A stretch of DNA of 63,057 nt, filler included, from Octopus bimaculoides (lineage: Eukaryota), in the NCBI RefSeq assembly GCF_001194135.2. It is 4 parts of 4 records of this genome, joined end to end, with 100 filler letters (N's around TTAATTAATTAA, not from the genome) between each part and the next. Parts side by side here need not be neighbours in the genome. Positions count along the whole stretch, not along the records: positions 1 to 28,962 come from NC_068987.1; 3 more parts are not named here. One strand, written 5' to 3'. A program made the position numbers and the translations under genes. The notes below the pieces were generated by a model. That model worked only from the letters and a program-made list of their open reading frames with translations. It did not search any database and had not been told where the DNA came from. Positions 13,541-27,003 of this stretch are shown here, one piece after another (the stretch's first letter is position 1; each line of letters opens with the position of its first letter).

Positions 13541-14699
13541 TGCACACAGTAGGCTGCCTTCAGTTTCTACCTACCAAATCCATTTGCAATGCTTTGGTTA
13601 TAACGGAAGACGCTTGCCTGTAGTACTGTGCTGTGGGTCTGAACCTGAGACCATGTGGTTGGGAAGCAAACTTCTTAACCACACAACTGTGCCTCCTCTG
13701 CAATGTAACCTAGTTTTTTTTTAGATAAGTGAAATTTGAGGATTTAAATGCTATTTGTAACAGGTTGAACGACTACATAGATGCACATTTTTGGCTCAAG
13801 AAATGTCTTTAACTGTGTTTGAACTCTCAGTCTACAAATGCACTTTAAAGCCAAGTTATTGGGTCCGGATGGAAATTAGAATGACTCTTTCCATTTGTTT
13901 ACCAACTCTAATGTGTTGTGTATTTAAAAAAACATATTTCCTGCTTAGTGGAATATATAATACTTTCTGTGTGTATGTGCATATTCATACAAGATTGTGT
14001 TTCTGTGCATATATTTAAATGTATTTCAGTATACGTGTATACCTGTGTGTCTATTTATGTATGAGTGTGTGTATATAGTTATGCATGCTTGTATGTGTGT
14101 ATATTTACATGTTATTGTATGTGTAAACCTGTGAATTTACACATCCATCACTATATATTTATATATATGTATGTATAATGTGTATGTATGGCATGTAATG
14201 TAAATATGTCCTGCATTATTGTATGTCAACAATTTTAATTTTCATTATGTCCATTCCTAGAGATTATATTTATTTAATTGGTTGTTTTTATTCTCTACCC
14301 AGTCTAAATTGACTGACATTTTCAAAATTATCTATTTTTTTGTTTTGTTTTCCTTTCTTAAAATTATTTTGTCTATCTAAAACATATGCATTCATGTATG
14401 CACTCATTATGAAAGAGACTGTTGACATTGATGTGTTGGTGCAAATACTTAACAATATTCAGTCTTGTTAAAGAATGTTCTAAGTTCAAATGTTGTTGGG
14501 AAGGGTCTTATACTTTTATTGCCTTTGAAACTAATATGTGTCAGTAATATAATGTAATGCAAATAAATGGCTATCAATAAAAAACAAAAAAAAAGTCCTT
14601 AGGGTAGAGTTGTCACCTTAGTAACTAACAAGTTTTGATGAAAAACTGCATGTCTGTCAACACAATGCCATACAAACTTCAAAAAGGACTATATCTTTT

Positions 14700-14906
14700 A
14701 TCTTTTACTTGTTTTAGCCATTAGACTGTGGCCATGCCGGGGCACTGCCTTGAAGAGCTTTTAGTCGAATGGATCTACCCCAGTACTTTTTTAAGCCTGG
14801 TACTAATTCTTTTTAATCTCTTTTGACAATCAGCTAAGTTATGGGGACATAAACATGCCAACACTAGTTGTCAAGTGGTGGTGGAGGACAAGCACAGATA
14901 CAAAGA

Positions 14907-14985
<79 letters not shown>

Positions 14986-15122
14986 TGGGCTTCTTTCAGT
15001 TTCCATCTACCAAATCCACTCACAAGGCTTTGGTTGAAGAAGATACTTGCCCAAGCTGCCATGCAGTGGGACTGAACCTGGAAATATAGTTGGAAAGCAA
15101 ACTTCTTACCATGCAACCACAC
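14700..15122 (-). mobile_element. Bipartite SINE (A+B) with expanded (CA)n linker, CpG-decayed
   Basis: Reverse complement of the 5521-5885 family (TTCTTTCAGTTTCCATCTACCAAATCCACTCACAAGGCTTTGG..). Confidence 0.8.
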
Positions 15123-16869
15123 CTATGTAGAACCTCTTCCTACAAAGGCTGTAGGACCTGGAAAATCACCAAACAAGAGCTAAAGGTTACCATTGTTACT
15201 CAGAAGTGTGATTCCTTAGGTGACTGCTGAAGATATCCTATACAGATAGAATAACAAATGTAGTCCTTAACTCTTTTCATGAGATACACTGCCTTTGTTT
15301 CCATTAAGTTTGAAATAATGAAGAATTTAGAATAATTTGGTCATTATTAAGCTGGGGTTTGTAACATAAATTGTCATAGTTACTTTGCTGGAGGGTTTTA
15401 ATTTAAATTACTTTTAAAACAAAGTTTGTATTTCAGAACTTGGGTAGTTTCAGGTGGGTTGGTATCAAAGTGTTAAAATGAGCAGAAACCACTAGAAAAG
15501 CCAACAGACTAAGTTCATTGTCCAATGAACTTAGTTTGTTATAAGAAGACATTGCTTTGAACACTTATTAACGATTGGAAATCTTAAATCTTTAGAATTT
15601 AAACTGACTATATCCAGCCAAAATATTCTACTTGTTTTATGTTCAAACTGGCCAGATTCAGCCTTTCACACATACCTTAAAATGTAATTCTAAAAATAAA
15701 ACAATCACATTGTAAACTCAAGGCTATGATATAATACAAGATTAATTCAAAGCAATGTGAATAAATAAGCATTACATTTGACAGAGTAATCTACATGCTA
15801 AAGGGTTACAGAAAGTAAAAGCTGACAAAGACAAACTGGGAAGATATTTCAATAGCTTTTCCAGCTAGCTACAGAAAGGCTGATGTGTATGGGACAGGAA
15901 GGAGCTGGAGGTCCATGATTGCCAATGCCTGTAGGTACAGCACATAAAAAAGAAGAGTGTAATTCAGTAGTTTTGGTCTGCTGTAATTGTCTAGTTATTT
16001 GGGTTTCATGCTTGGTCAAAAGAAATTAATCTCTCTCTTTCTTTCTCTCTCTCCCTCCCTCCCCCCTCTCTCTCTTCATAGAAGCTATGAAATGATTTTT
16101 GCTGACACAAGATTTATTTAGCTGTAGAATTTTTTGCTGAGCAGGCAATAGGTGTTATTTGAATTGTGATTTGTATTTTCTGTTTTGTTGGAGGTTGTGG
16201 TAGGGTGGGATTAGAGGGCAGAGGTGTTTGGGCAGAGAAATCATTCAGATTTTGCTTGCTTACAAGAAATTCCTGTAAAACAACTCTTGCTTCACCTCAT
16301 TGTGTATGTTCGTGTGTGCACATATGCATACATACATATGTCTTTGAATGTGCGCAGGTTTGTATTTGTCAGAATATATCATATATTTGTGAGTTTCTGT
16401 TACACATATCAATGAAAACAGCCTTCTGCTTTCAGTGAATTTTGTCATAGTTGATGATACTGTAAAATTTTTGCATATATTATCCAGGAAACTGACTTAA
16501 GCTTTCCATGCCAGTGATTACATTGTGATTCTGAGAATTAAAAATACTTGAGCAAAAATTTAATAATAGTTAAAACAGAAATTACTCATGCATGCATTGT
16601 CTGAAATATACCACTACTTGTTATGTTTCTAAGTCTTATAGGGTGATTTCAATAAAAGAATAGATAACACATTTAACACATGTAATAAAAAATGAAAGAA
16701 AATAACTACTGTCCTAGTATGAACCAACAAAGGAACTACCAAAATGAAGGCAGCAGAAGGAACATTATAAACAGCTTCAACTCAGCAGATCAGTAGCAAC
16801 CTAACCAAACAATAACAAAACAATACATGAGTCATATAGAGGTGGATCTGGATATAAGGAAGAAGTAAT

Positions 16870-17790
16870 AGTAGTAATTGTTTCAGATTTTGGTACAATG
16901 CCAACACTTTAGGGGAAGATGTTAGTACTTTATTTTAGGGACCCTGAACTCAACTGGAAGAAATGCCATTAATGATACTGGTTTGCTGCCTTATAAAAAA
17001 TAAAAAAAATCTACTTCAGGCACAAGGCTTGAAATTTTGTGGGGAGGTGGTAGTCAATTACATTGACCCCAGCTGGTATTTATTTCATCAACTGTGACAA
17101 GATGAAAGGCAAAGTCAACCTCAGTGGCATTTGAACTCAGAATGTAAAGACAGATGAAATGCCACTAAGTGTGCTAAATAATAATGATTTCAAATTTTGG
17201 CACAAGGCTAGCAATTTCAGGGAAAGTGTAAGTCAGTTACATCAACCCCAGTGCTCAAGATTGAAAGGCAAAGTCAACCTCGGTGGAATTTGAACTCAAA
17301 ATGTGAAGATGGATGAAATGCCACTAAGCATTCTGCCCAGTGTGTTAATGATTCTGCTAGCTTGCCATCCTAAATAATAATAATAATCAATTAGAGGAGC
17401 ACAATATGTAATAATAAATGCAGATTAAGATTACTAATAATAGTTTCAAATTTTGGCACAAGGCCAGTGAGTTCATGGGAGAGAGAAAGTCGATTACATT
17501 GACTCCAGTGTTCAACTACTAGTTATTTTATCTACCCCGCAAAGATAAAAGGCAAAGTCAGTCTTGGTGGAATTTGAACTCAGAATGTAAAAATAATGAG
17601 ATGCTGCTAAGCATTTTGTCCTTAATGGCTTCTTTTAAATAATGGGGTTGATTTGTTACATTGGCAGAAAGCCATAGATTTGCAGGCAGGAAAGTATAGT
17701 TAATTGAATCGACTCTGTTAATTAGTTGATACTCTGAAGTGATGAAAGTAAAGTCAAATCTTGTTGGAATTTAAATTCAGAATTGCATTT
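16870..17790 (-). mobile_element. Cluster of 4-5 same-orientation degenerate family C SINEs
   Basis: Repeated GGCACAAGG..GATGAAAGGCAAAGTCAACCTC.GTGGAATTTGAACTCAGAATGT blocks starting at about 17015, 17185, 17440 and 17640. Confidence 0.8.
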
Positions 17791-19559
17791 AAGTTGGCAT
17801 TGGAGCTCCATGCAGTTCTGTGACTTGTTGAACCCTGTCAAAGTATCCAATTCATGCCAACATGGAAGACTGGCATTAAATGATGGTGAACAACTAAAAC
17901 ATTACACATTGTCAAACTTGAGAAAATGAAAAAAATAGGTTATGTTGTGTGGTGATTGCATAAATGGAAGTGTTTATGAAATTTGTAAACAGGATAGGCA
18001 GAGTGTTTGACATTTTTGAAAAGAAATACTGGAATAAATGACTTAATTTTCTGTGGCATTAATTATAGCTAAATACTTCATATTAGAATGCATCTATTTA
18101 AGGCTAGATACACATGATGTAAGGGAACTATTTGGCAGCCCCAGTACTATTACAAGACTTAAATGAATATTATTCATGTTGTATATTTACAGCAAAGTCG
18201 TAAAAAAGGCAAAAAAAAAAACTTTTTTTTTTTTGTTTTGCCATAAAGCTGATTAATTCTGTCTTCTATGCTATGAAATTTATTAAAATATTTGAAAAAA
18301 AGCAAAAATGTATTTTGTAATTGTTACTGTGATAGACTGTATATTGCTGTGATAGTGTTTATATTGTCACTGTGATGTTTTTGATAATGTTGTCCTCTTA
18401 AATTAGACTTGTAATCTATGTGATGAGTGTCTATATAGTTCCCGTCTACTCAGTGTCATTAACAAGGCTTGGCTCATTGTGGTAAAAGAAATTTGCTTGA
18501 GATGCTATGCACCGGAATTGAACCTCAAACATAATTATGAAGTAAACTTCTGAATCATTCAGCCATTCCTATATCCCGACATACATACATTCACACACAT
18601 AGACACATACATGTGCACACACAGACTATAATATAAATGTGAATGTACATGCACAAATGCATATATTGGCATTCAATATGTGTGGGAAAGGTACAATAGT
18701 ACTATTGATTATCATGACCTCATTAGTTAGCAGTTTACTTTATTTAATCCACCCAGTATAGTTGAGAGCAATGATGACTTCAACAGGATTCAAACTGAGA
18801 ACTTAGATGCAAAATGTGGAAAAGCATTTTGTCCATTGCTTTACTGAATCTACCAGTGATGATTTCTAATTTTGGCACAATTCCATAGTAGTAGTAGTAG
18901 TAGTTATAATAATAATGATAATAATATATAACAAGTTGGGGAACCACCCACGAAATTATTTCTCACCAAATGAGACAGATGATTAAATGACTAAACCAAT
19001 ATTTTGGCAGCTATGTTTAGTTTAGCCTGTTTTTTAACGATGTGTGTTTTCAACAGTAATTAATATACATATTAACAAGACAGTATGTTAATAGCATTTT
19101 TTTCTCAGTTTATCATATCCATGTATAATATATATGTAAATATTTATTGTTTTTGTTTAAAATTTAGTTAGGTAAATAAAAAAATATTTTAGTAACAGAA
19201 AATCTTGATGTTAAAATAAATATTTTGTATCTAAAGAAAACAATGACAAGTGTTTGATGATAGTTGTTACTTAAATATGTCCACTGCTTGAAAATGTCCA
19301 ATGGTTTTTATTTTACATTCACACTGGCAAGGCTCTTGAGTAAAGTGAATTATGAACATTTCACCAAATTATCCCATCTCTATGTTCATAAAGTCTAATT
19401 ACCTGTCTTACATATATTTGTTGAAAGTTTTCATTAATATTAATTCACTCTTTTGTCACATTTGAGTTCAATCTTTCTTATCAGTTAAGATGGCATATTA
19501 TTAAAGATATACTGAAATGACACCTACCCTAGACAATATGCTTAAAATATTCAACAACT

Positions 19560-20030
19560 GACCAAAAGATGAATGGCTAATGGAGACAGTTTGACTGGGG
19601 CTGGTCAGCCAGAGAGCTGCACCAGGCTCCAGTCTGTTTTGGCTTGGTTTCAATGGCTCAATGCCCTTCCTAATGCCAACCACTCGACAGAGTGTACTGG
19701 GTATCTTTCATGTGTCACTGGCACAAGTGCTTTTACATGTCATTGGCACAAGTGCCTTTTATGTATCACTGGCATAGGTACTTTTTACATGTCACGGGCA
19801 TTGGCTATGATTTCATTTAGCTTGATGTGTCTTCTCAAGCACAGCAAATCACTAAAGGTCTCAGTCACCTGTCATCACCTCTGTGAGACTCAACATCCAA
19901 AGATCATACTTTGCCACCTTATCCCTCATCTTTCTGAGTCTACCTCTTCCACAGCTTCCCTCCATAGTTAGAGATTGGCATTTCTTCATGCAGCTGTCCT
20001 CATGATGTCCTACAGCTGTCCTACATGATG
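19560..20030 (+). mobile_element. RTE-associated short element / LINE 3' end (family E) with internal ~24-bp repeats
   Basis: GCTGCACCAGGCTCCAGTC..GCCCTTCCTAATGCCAACCACTC is shared with 26853-27000 and 31452-31600. Internal repeats of GTGCTTTTACATGTCA.TGGCACAA type. Confidence 0.6.
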
Positions 20031-20358
20031 TTGAAATGAGGGTATATATACACACACATGACAGGCTCTTTCAGTTATTGTCTACCATTTCTACTGACAA
20101 GCCTTTGGTCAGCCCAGGTCTATAGAAGACACTTCTAGTGTAGTGGGACTGAGCCTAGATCCACATGGTTGTGAAGCAAGCTTCAGCTACATTTCTGTTG
20201 TGCATGCATATACATGTGTATGCACACATTGTGATGGACATAATCACCCTGCTGCTTTTTTCTTTTGTTTTTTTCTTTGTAAAATAATTCTTGAATGGAA
20301 AGTTTATGTCCAAAGATGCAAAAACTCTTGTTGGGTAAAAAAGCAGACAAAAGCTAGC

Positions 20359-20527
20359 GTGTTGCAGTAATCTAGTACTTAACTTTTATATTAGAAATAT
20401 CTATGCTGAAGCATACCTAAAGGGAATAACCACAGACAGTAGTTATTAAAGAGAAGTGATGACTCATTTAGTTACAACTTGCTTTTTCACCCAACCACCA
20501 TCTAACTATTAGCCAGAACTGAAGATG
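20359..20527 (+). repeat. Copy 1 of a ~165-bp local duplication (C/D-box-like motifs)
   Basis: About 95% identical to 21492-21660 (8 substitutions counted by eye). GTGATGA at 20456-20462 and CTGA at 20519-20522. Confidence 0.9.
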
Positions 20528-21491
20528 TTTTCCTTTAGTCTCAAATCCAGAAGCTTTACAGTTTGGCTATCATTCTAAAAATGATAGGTTATTCTCTGTT
20601 TATTCTCCAGATGTAGCTGCACTGTGTTTTTATTTGTTTGGTTTCTTTTCTTGTCAGTAGTTACTAAGTGTTGGTGTCAAGATGGTAAGCTATTTTTGAG
20701 AGTTTGACATTTTAGTTAGCAACAAAAATGGGTGCAGTTTTTATTGTTTCAGCTAGTGGTAGTTGGCAGTGGAAATGTCACAAAGGCATCTTTGTGTTAC
20801 ATTATTCATTTTTAGATCTGTAAATGTAATTTTAGTTATTCTGATATTTATTTCCTACTAAATAAATAAAAATAAATTAATAAATCATAAAACAATAACA
20901 CTGTTTCTTACCAATTTTTATTTAAGAAGTGGGTGCAAGTAGTGGCAATAGTTATTGTTGTTTAGCAGGAAACACAGGGTCACATTGTCCAACACATCCT
21001 TTCTTTAAGAGAGTAATATGAAATTTGGGAGTGATTTGACTGGTATTTCTAGCATGTTCAGTGACCATGTTGAGGCCACCTTGTTAGCTTGTAGGTGTAT
21101 CTTTCACTTGTTTCAGTCATTGGATTGTAGCCATGCTGGGGCACTGCTTTGAAGGGTTTTAGTCAAATGAACCAACCCCAGTACTTATATTTTTAAGTCT
21201 TGTACTTATTCAGTTGGTCTCTTTTGCCAAACCACTAAGTTACACAGATATAAACAAACCAACACTATTTGTCAAGCAGTGGGTGTGGACAAACACAAAG
21301 ACACACATATGGTAGGTGTCCAAACAGTTTCCATCTACTAAGTTCACTCACAAGACATTGGTCAATCTAAGGCTATAATAGACACTTGCCCAAGGTGCTG
21401 TGTATTGGGAATGAACCTGAAACCACATGGGTGCCAGATGGTCTTAGCTATACAGCCAGGTAACAAAAGCAACAAAAACAAAATCATTGCT

Positions 21492-21660
21492 GTGTTGCAG
21501 TAATTTAGTGCTTAACTTTTATATTAGAAATATCTATGCTGAAGCATACCTAAAGGGAATAACCATAGACAGTAGTTATTAAAGAGAAGTGATGACTCAT
21601 TTAATTACTACTTGCTTTTTCACCCAACCACCATCCGACTGTTAGCCAGAACTGAAAATG
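21492..21660 (+). repeat. Copy 2 of the ~165-bp local duplication
   Basis: Offset 1133 bp from copy 1. GTGATGA at 21589-21595 and CTGA at 21652-21655. Confidence 0.9.
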
Positions 21661-24600
21661 ATATATTTGAAATGGCATTGAAGTTGTTATTTAATACATC
21701 TGTGACCAATGTTGAAAACTGATCCAAGTGTCTAAATATTGTCAGCCATTTCTTTTTTGGAAACCCTTTCTTTCTGGGGTCCTACAGAGACCATTGGAAA
21801 CACTGGTGGGAAGTTGGGGGAGATCCATCCCGATCACATTGCCCAAGTCACTTCACCCTTCTGCTCACCACCAATTGGCTTTTGTATGCTTGAGGGTCCT
21901 GATCTTCTTAGTATTCTCAGGTAAGTGACAGTCTCTGTATGAAATGTGGTGTATCTTATGCAAGTATCTTNNNNNNNNNNGATGCTATAAGCTTTCCAGA
22001 TGCTTCTTAATTTGAGGAATGTACAGTAATTAGCTGAAAAAAAAAGAAAGAAAATTACACTTGTGGGATGTACATACAATGTTTCTTTCTTCTGTATCCA
22101 ACCACAGAAACTAAATACAGTGTTTTCTTTCTCTGTCAGCTCAAACTAAAAATGCTTTCATTGGTTTTGTGTGTAGCCTTTAATGAGAGTTTGATTTTAA
22201 TAACCTAATCATCTTATAATTTCTGGCTGTTTTTTTTTTTTTACTTGATTTCTTCAGATAACTATTCCTCTTGTCAACAAAGCAGTCTTGTGTTTTTTTG
22301 AAAGGTAATAATTCCTCTAGTTGTTTTAGATGAAGTAGAGGTCTTTTTGGTCTATATTTCACACAACCTGTTTCTTTATTGTTGATTTAGGGCGTGTGTT
22401 TGTGTGAATTTAATGCTAGTGTTATGACTCATAATTTTGTAATGTCTATACAGGCGTGAAAGAGTACTAGCTGTAATATTTTGTCTTAGAGAAACTTCCC
22501 AAAGAGACTTGTGTGTTAAAAAACACAGGGCTTGCTCAGAATGTTGATAGATTGCCTGAGACTGCTTCAATCTAATTTGGTCTCTTCAGTGACCCCTTCC
22601 CCCAACATTTTGAGCTAAGCTGAAAAGATATTCTTTCTTGTATAGAAATTGTTGAACAAAGTTTTTAAGATTTGTGCAAAATCTAGCCAAGGCTAGATTT
22701 AAATTAAATTAACATATGCACTTGAAACAGCATGGGATTAAAATACAGATGTATATAACATCATTTCACACTTGTATATACATTGTTATACAGATTGATA
22801 TTTAATAGAAATGTTTCAAGAGCAGTCATTAATTTCATGTAGCATATAATTTATATATCTACCATTTCTTTGTGTTGGATAATGTACAGTTGGTATATTG
22901 CTGGGGGTAAAAAAATGATGCAAGGAAAATTATTCCCCAGTTATTGAGGTTTTTACCTCTCTTTTCATATTTCAAGCCAGCCCACTTAAGATTGCAACAG
23001 AACATATTTGGTTACAAGAAATTTGACATGTTTCTTTTTTAAACTTATAATTTGATAAACTAGATTTGATTTCATTAGCATAAGCTCCTGGAAATTAATG
23101 TAAAGTTAATTAAATTATATAATTCTGTCAAACCAAAGTTCTTCAAAGAAACTTTATTAATCTCTTAAATATGCTTTTATAGACCAGTTTTTATGGATTA
23201 GTTTGAATGAGTACTATAATGTATTGAAGTCATAAGGGTGTAATACCTTTTACAAACTTTACCTCTATGTTGTAATTCAACTGGGTAGAATCCGTTCATC
23301 TTCAAGACACTGTTAAGCTAGCATTTGAATAAAATACCAATGTAATATATTAAAATCACAAATGTGAAATGATGTATTTTAATCTCATGCTGTTTCAAGT
23401 GCATATGCTAATTTAATTCAAATCTAACCTTGGCTAACTTTTGCACAATTCAGTAAACCTGTACTTAAAGACATTCTAGCTGTGACATTCTGTCTTTTGC
23501 ATATTTAGGATTATATTCTATAGGACAATGACCCCTATTCTTTTATAAGTCAGTAGGATGTGATTTGAGGAAGATTTGGCTGCTATTGTTTGCAGTTTGA
23601 GTAATTATAGATGAATTTTTATGCATACACACACACACACCTTGCACATGTGCAAAACATCTATATGCAGTTCTCTATTAGCTGGCTCTGATCCTAATTC
23701 CCGTTAGATGCTGCATATCAACAGCCAATCAAGAGAGATGATTCAAAACCAATGATTAGTGTCTTTGATCTGGACAAAGATTACAGAAACTCATTGCTAT
23801 GATATCTGTTGTTCTGTGACTTTGTTAGATAGTATTGCCAAGTACATATTTTATTTGTGCTCGACTGTGAAGGAAATTGCACACAATATTTATAGAAAGT
23901 AACATGGCCTCAATATTTACAGAAAGTAACAAGGCCTCAGTCTAAAATATTACAAGTGCAATAATAAAATATTACAAGTGTGACTTTACAACTGCTGTGA
24001 CTTATATGTACAAGTATATATAATATGATGTTTGACACTAGAAAGATGTAAAAGTGACACGTGTGGATGGTTAAGAACATATGTTAATGCCTTTAAGTGT
24101 AGATTTATACAATCTGTAACTTATGAGGAAATTATTTATTGTAAATTTAATTTGTTTGCTTTTTATTATTTTTTAAACTTTTATCAAGCAGTGAGCTGGC
24201 AGAATCATTAGAGCATAAAAAAATTTTTTTTTAATGTTTTGTGGCATATCTTTTGGTACTTTACAGTCTGAGTTGACCTTGGTGAAATTTAAACTCAGAA
24301 TCTAGAGAGCCCAAAGAAATGCCAAAAAGAATTTTTCCTGATGCCAGCTTTTTGCTTTATAAAAGCAAAAAATAATAAAAACAAACAAACAAATTAAATA
24401 TACAGCAAATAATTCATATCCTTTTGGGGTTGATAGAACAAAGTACCAATCAGTACAAAGGTTGATGGTATTGGCTAAAACCCTTCCCTCAAAATTGCTG
24501 ACCCTGTGCCTGAACGAGAAACCATTATTTAAAACTAGTTTGTTGAGTACTTCCTTATGACTGAGTAACCAGTTTTTAGTGCACATGTTCTTTCTTTGAC

Positions 24601-24741
24601 AAGATCTATTAATTCTAGCTGTCATCCTCTCCATTTGAGATCATATTGATTATTTAAATATTACCAAATTTGTTTAATGACTTCTGACTCTCTTGAGTCC
24701 AAAGCTCTTGAGATGGCTATCTTAATTAATTTACACACACA

Positions 24742-24785
<44 letters not shown>

Positions 24786-25295
24786 CACACACAGTGAATT
24801 GGTATGGTTGTTAGTGTCAGTATTTGTTCTGACTTACTGTGCTCTAAGTTCAAATCCTGCTAAGGTCAGCTTATTTTTCATCCTTTTAGAGGAAATAAAA
24901 TAGTATCAGCCCAAAGTGGTGGATTGGTAAAACTGTAGGAATGTCAGAATGGTATTTGTTCTGAGTTCAAATTTCATCATGACTTACTTGGGGGTAGATT
25001 TAATCTGTTGCTCCATTTAACGCCACCACCTGGTTCCTTGAGTGCTTTAGTAGTGTCTATTCTTTTCAAACATTCAGGCCAGGTTGCTGGTTTGAAGGTA
25101 TCTTCCTTCCTCCCTCCCACCAGTCTTGGGGGTTCTATAATGGGTCATGAATACTGCCTTCTCTCGTGACTTAAAGAATAAAAAAAACTCCTCAAAACAT
25201 GTACACACATGACAGTGTGCACATGCACACATATTACATAAAAATGAGTAGGTGCATTTTAAGTACTTATTTTTCTCTACAACACTACATAATAT

Positions 25296-25334
<39 letters not shown>

Positions 25335-26364
25335 AACTGGGGAGCCTTCTTTTAAAGTACATGTAATTTCTGATCTGTTTGCCATTCACTGCAACTCTTC
25401 TTGTCACCAGCTGGCAGCCCGCTTGTCTTACTAGCTACCACCTCTTTTCTACATTTCCAAACTACCATCTAAAATGCCGCCAAAGAGAGGTTGTATGTGG
25501 TCATTCAAACTGCTAGAAATATCAGCTAATTTTTTTTTTAAATCACACTCAATCAGCCTTAACCCTTTAATATTTAAACTGGCTATATCCAACCATTCTA
25601 CCTGTTTTATGTTCAGATTGACTAGAGTTGGCCTCTCACACCTACCCTCTAATATCGCTCTAAAACCTGTTCCTGACAGCTACGATCGTGACTCATCGTG
25701 CTTTATGTGTTAAGCAGAACATGTAACTAGATAGATGAACCTCCTTTGTTAGCTCAACTATATGTCAAAGATAGTCTTTTATTGTTTAGACAACCATTTT
25801 AAGGTCAACCAAAGTGAAGAAATTATATTTATATTTTTGATTGGTGCACTGTAGCTTGTGGACTAGGATATCCTTACTAATGACAGAGTATTTTATTGAA
25901 TTAAACTGAAAGGTAAGGAAAACTAGATATGGAGGGCATGGATGGGTAGGCATGGCTTTATGGTTAAGAAGTTTGTAGCTATGTTTTGTGGTACCTTGGT
26001 CACACAGTTGGATCAAATCCAGAACCACATAACTCTCTACAACGGCTGAGGTTGACCAATACATTGTGGAAATTGGGTAGACAAAAATCGTTTGGACTCA
26101 TATGTGTGTGTATCTTTTATATATTAGTAAATGATATAAACATAGGCAGACCCCCTCCCAATCACCCCCCCCCCAGAACAATGTACTTTACACGCAGAAT
26201 CCCTTGTTACATTTATTCTGCAGCAAGTTACAGACATGTTCCTATCTCCTTTTGCCTTTATTGCTTCCAGTGTTTGCTCTGAGGTTATTTATACATGTTA
26301 TTACACAACTGGTTTGTTACTCAATCTGAAATAACACAATTCTAAATGATACAGTTATATATCT

Positions 26365-26720
26365 CTGATAAGAAATCTCTTGCACACTGGTGACTGTGAT
26401 ATTGTTGTATGCTCTGAAAAAGATCTTCAAATTCTTGTAGATAGTTCATTGGTATGTGACATGTTAAGCGTAATGATAAATCTTGATAAAAAATGCTGTT
26501 CTTTATCAGTCTTGTCTTGGAAAGCCATCTGTGGTTCCTAAAACAGCAGTATATGGTAAAACTTCAAAAAAATGTACTTTCCTTCTTTCATATATATTGG
26601 CAGCATATTGAATAGGGTTGTAAATTTTGATGACAAAATTGCAAATAGAATCCAGGAATTAAAGATATCTTTTGGAAAATAACAATCATCATTATGGTCT
26701 TAGCATATTCAAAATGTCAC
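26365..26720 (+). mobile_element. Degenerate RTE-clade LINE reverse transcriptase fragment
   Basis: IRNLLHTGDCDIVVCSEKDLQILVDS resembles the RTE pattern IRELLYADDC.L.A.SEEDLQ.L.D; downstream frames are broken. Confidence 0.7.
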
Positions 26721-26852
26721 TTATGAATCAATTTTTTAATCCTTTAGCATTTAAACCATCCATATCCAGCCCAGATATTTATCTGTTTTAAGTTCATATT
26801 TGCCAGATCCAGCTTTTCATTCCTACTCTATAATGTCATTCTAAAAATAAAC

Positions 26853-27003
26853 ATCATCATCATCGTCGTTTAACGTCTGCTTTCCATGGTAGCATGGGTT
26901 GGACGATTTGACTGAGGACTGGTGAAACCAGATGGCTACACCAGGCTCCAATCTGATTTGGCAGAGTTTCTACAGCTGGATGCCCTTCCTAACGCCAATC
27001 ACA
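26853..27003 (+). mobile_element. Young family E SINE-like copy with (CAT)n end
   Basis: CATCATCATCGTCGTTTAACGTCTGCTTTCCATG..GCTGGATGCCCTTCCTAACGCC; CpGs are retained, unlike in the flanks. Confidence 0.7.

Noticed and set aside
8563-16300. Isolated AG/GT-bounded exon-like segments (8563, 8935-8986, 9346-9395, 9834, 10904, 16194)
   Set aside because: Phases do not chain consistently and no peptide was recognisable; such signals are expected by chance in AT-rich introns.
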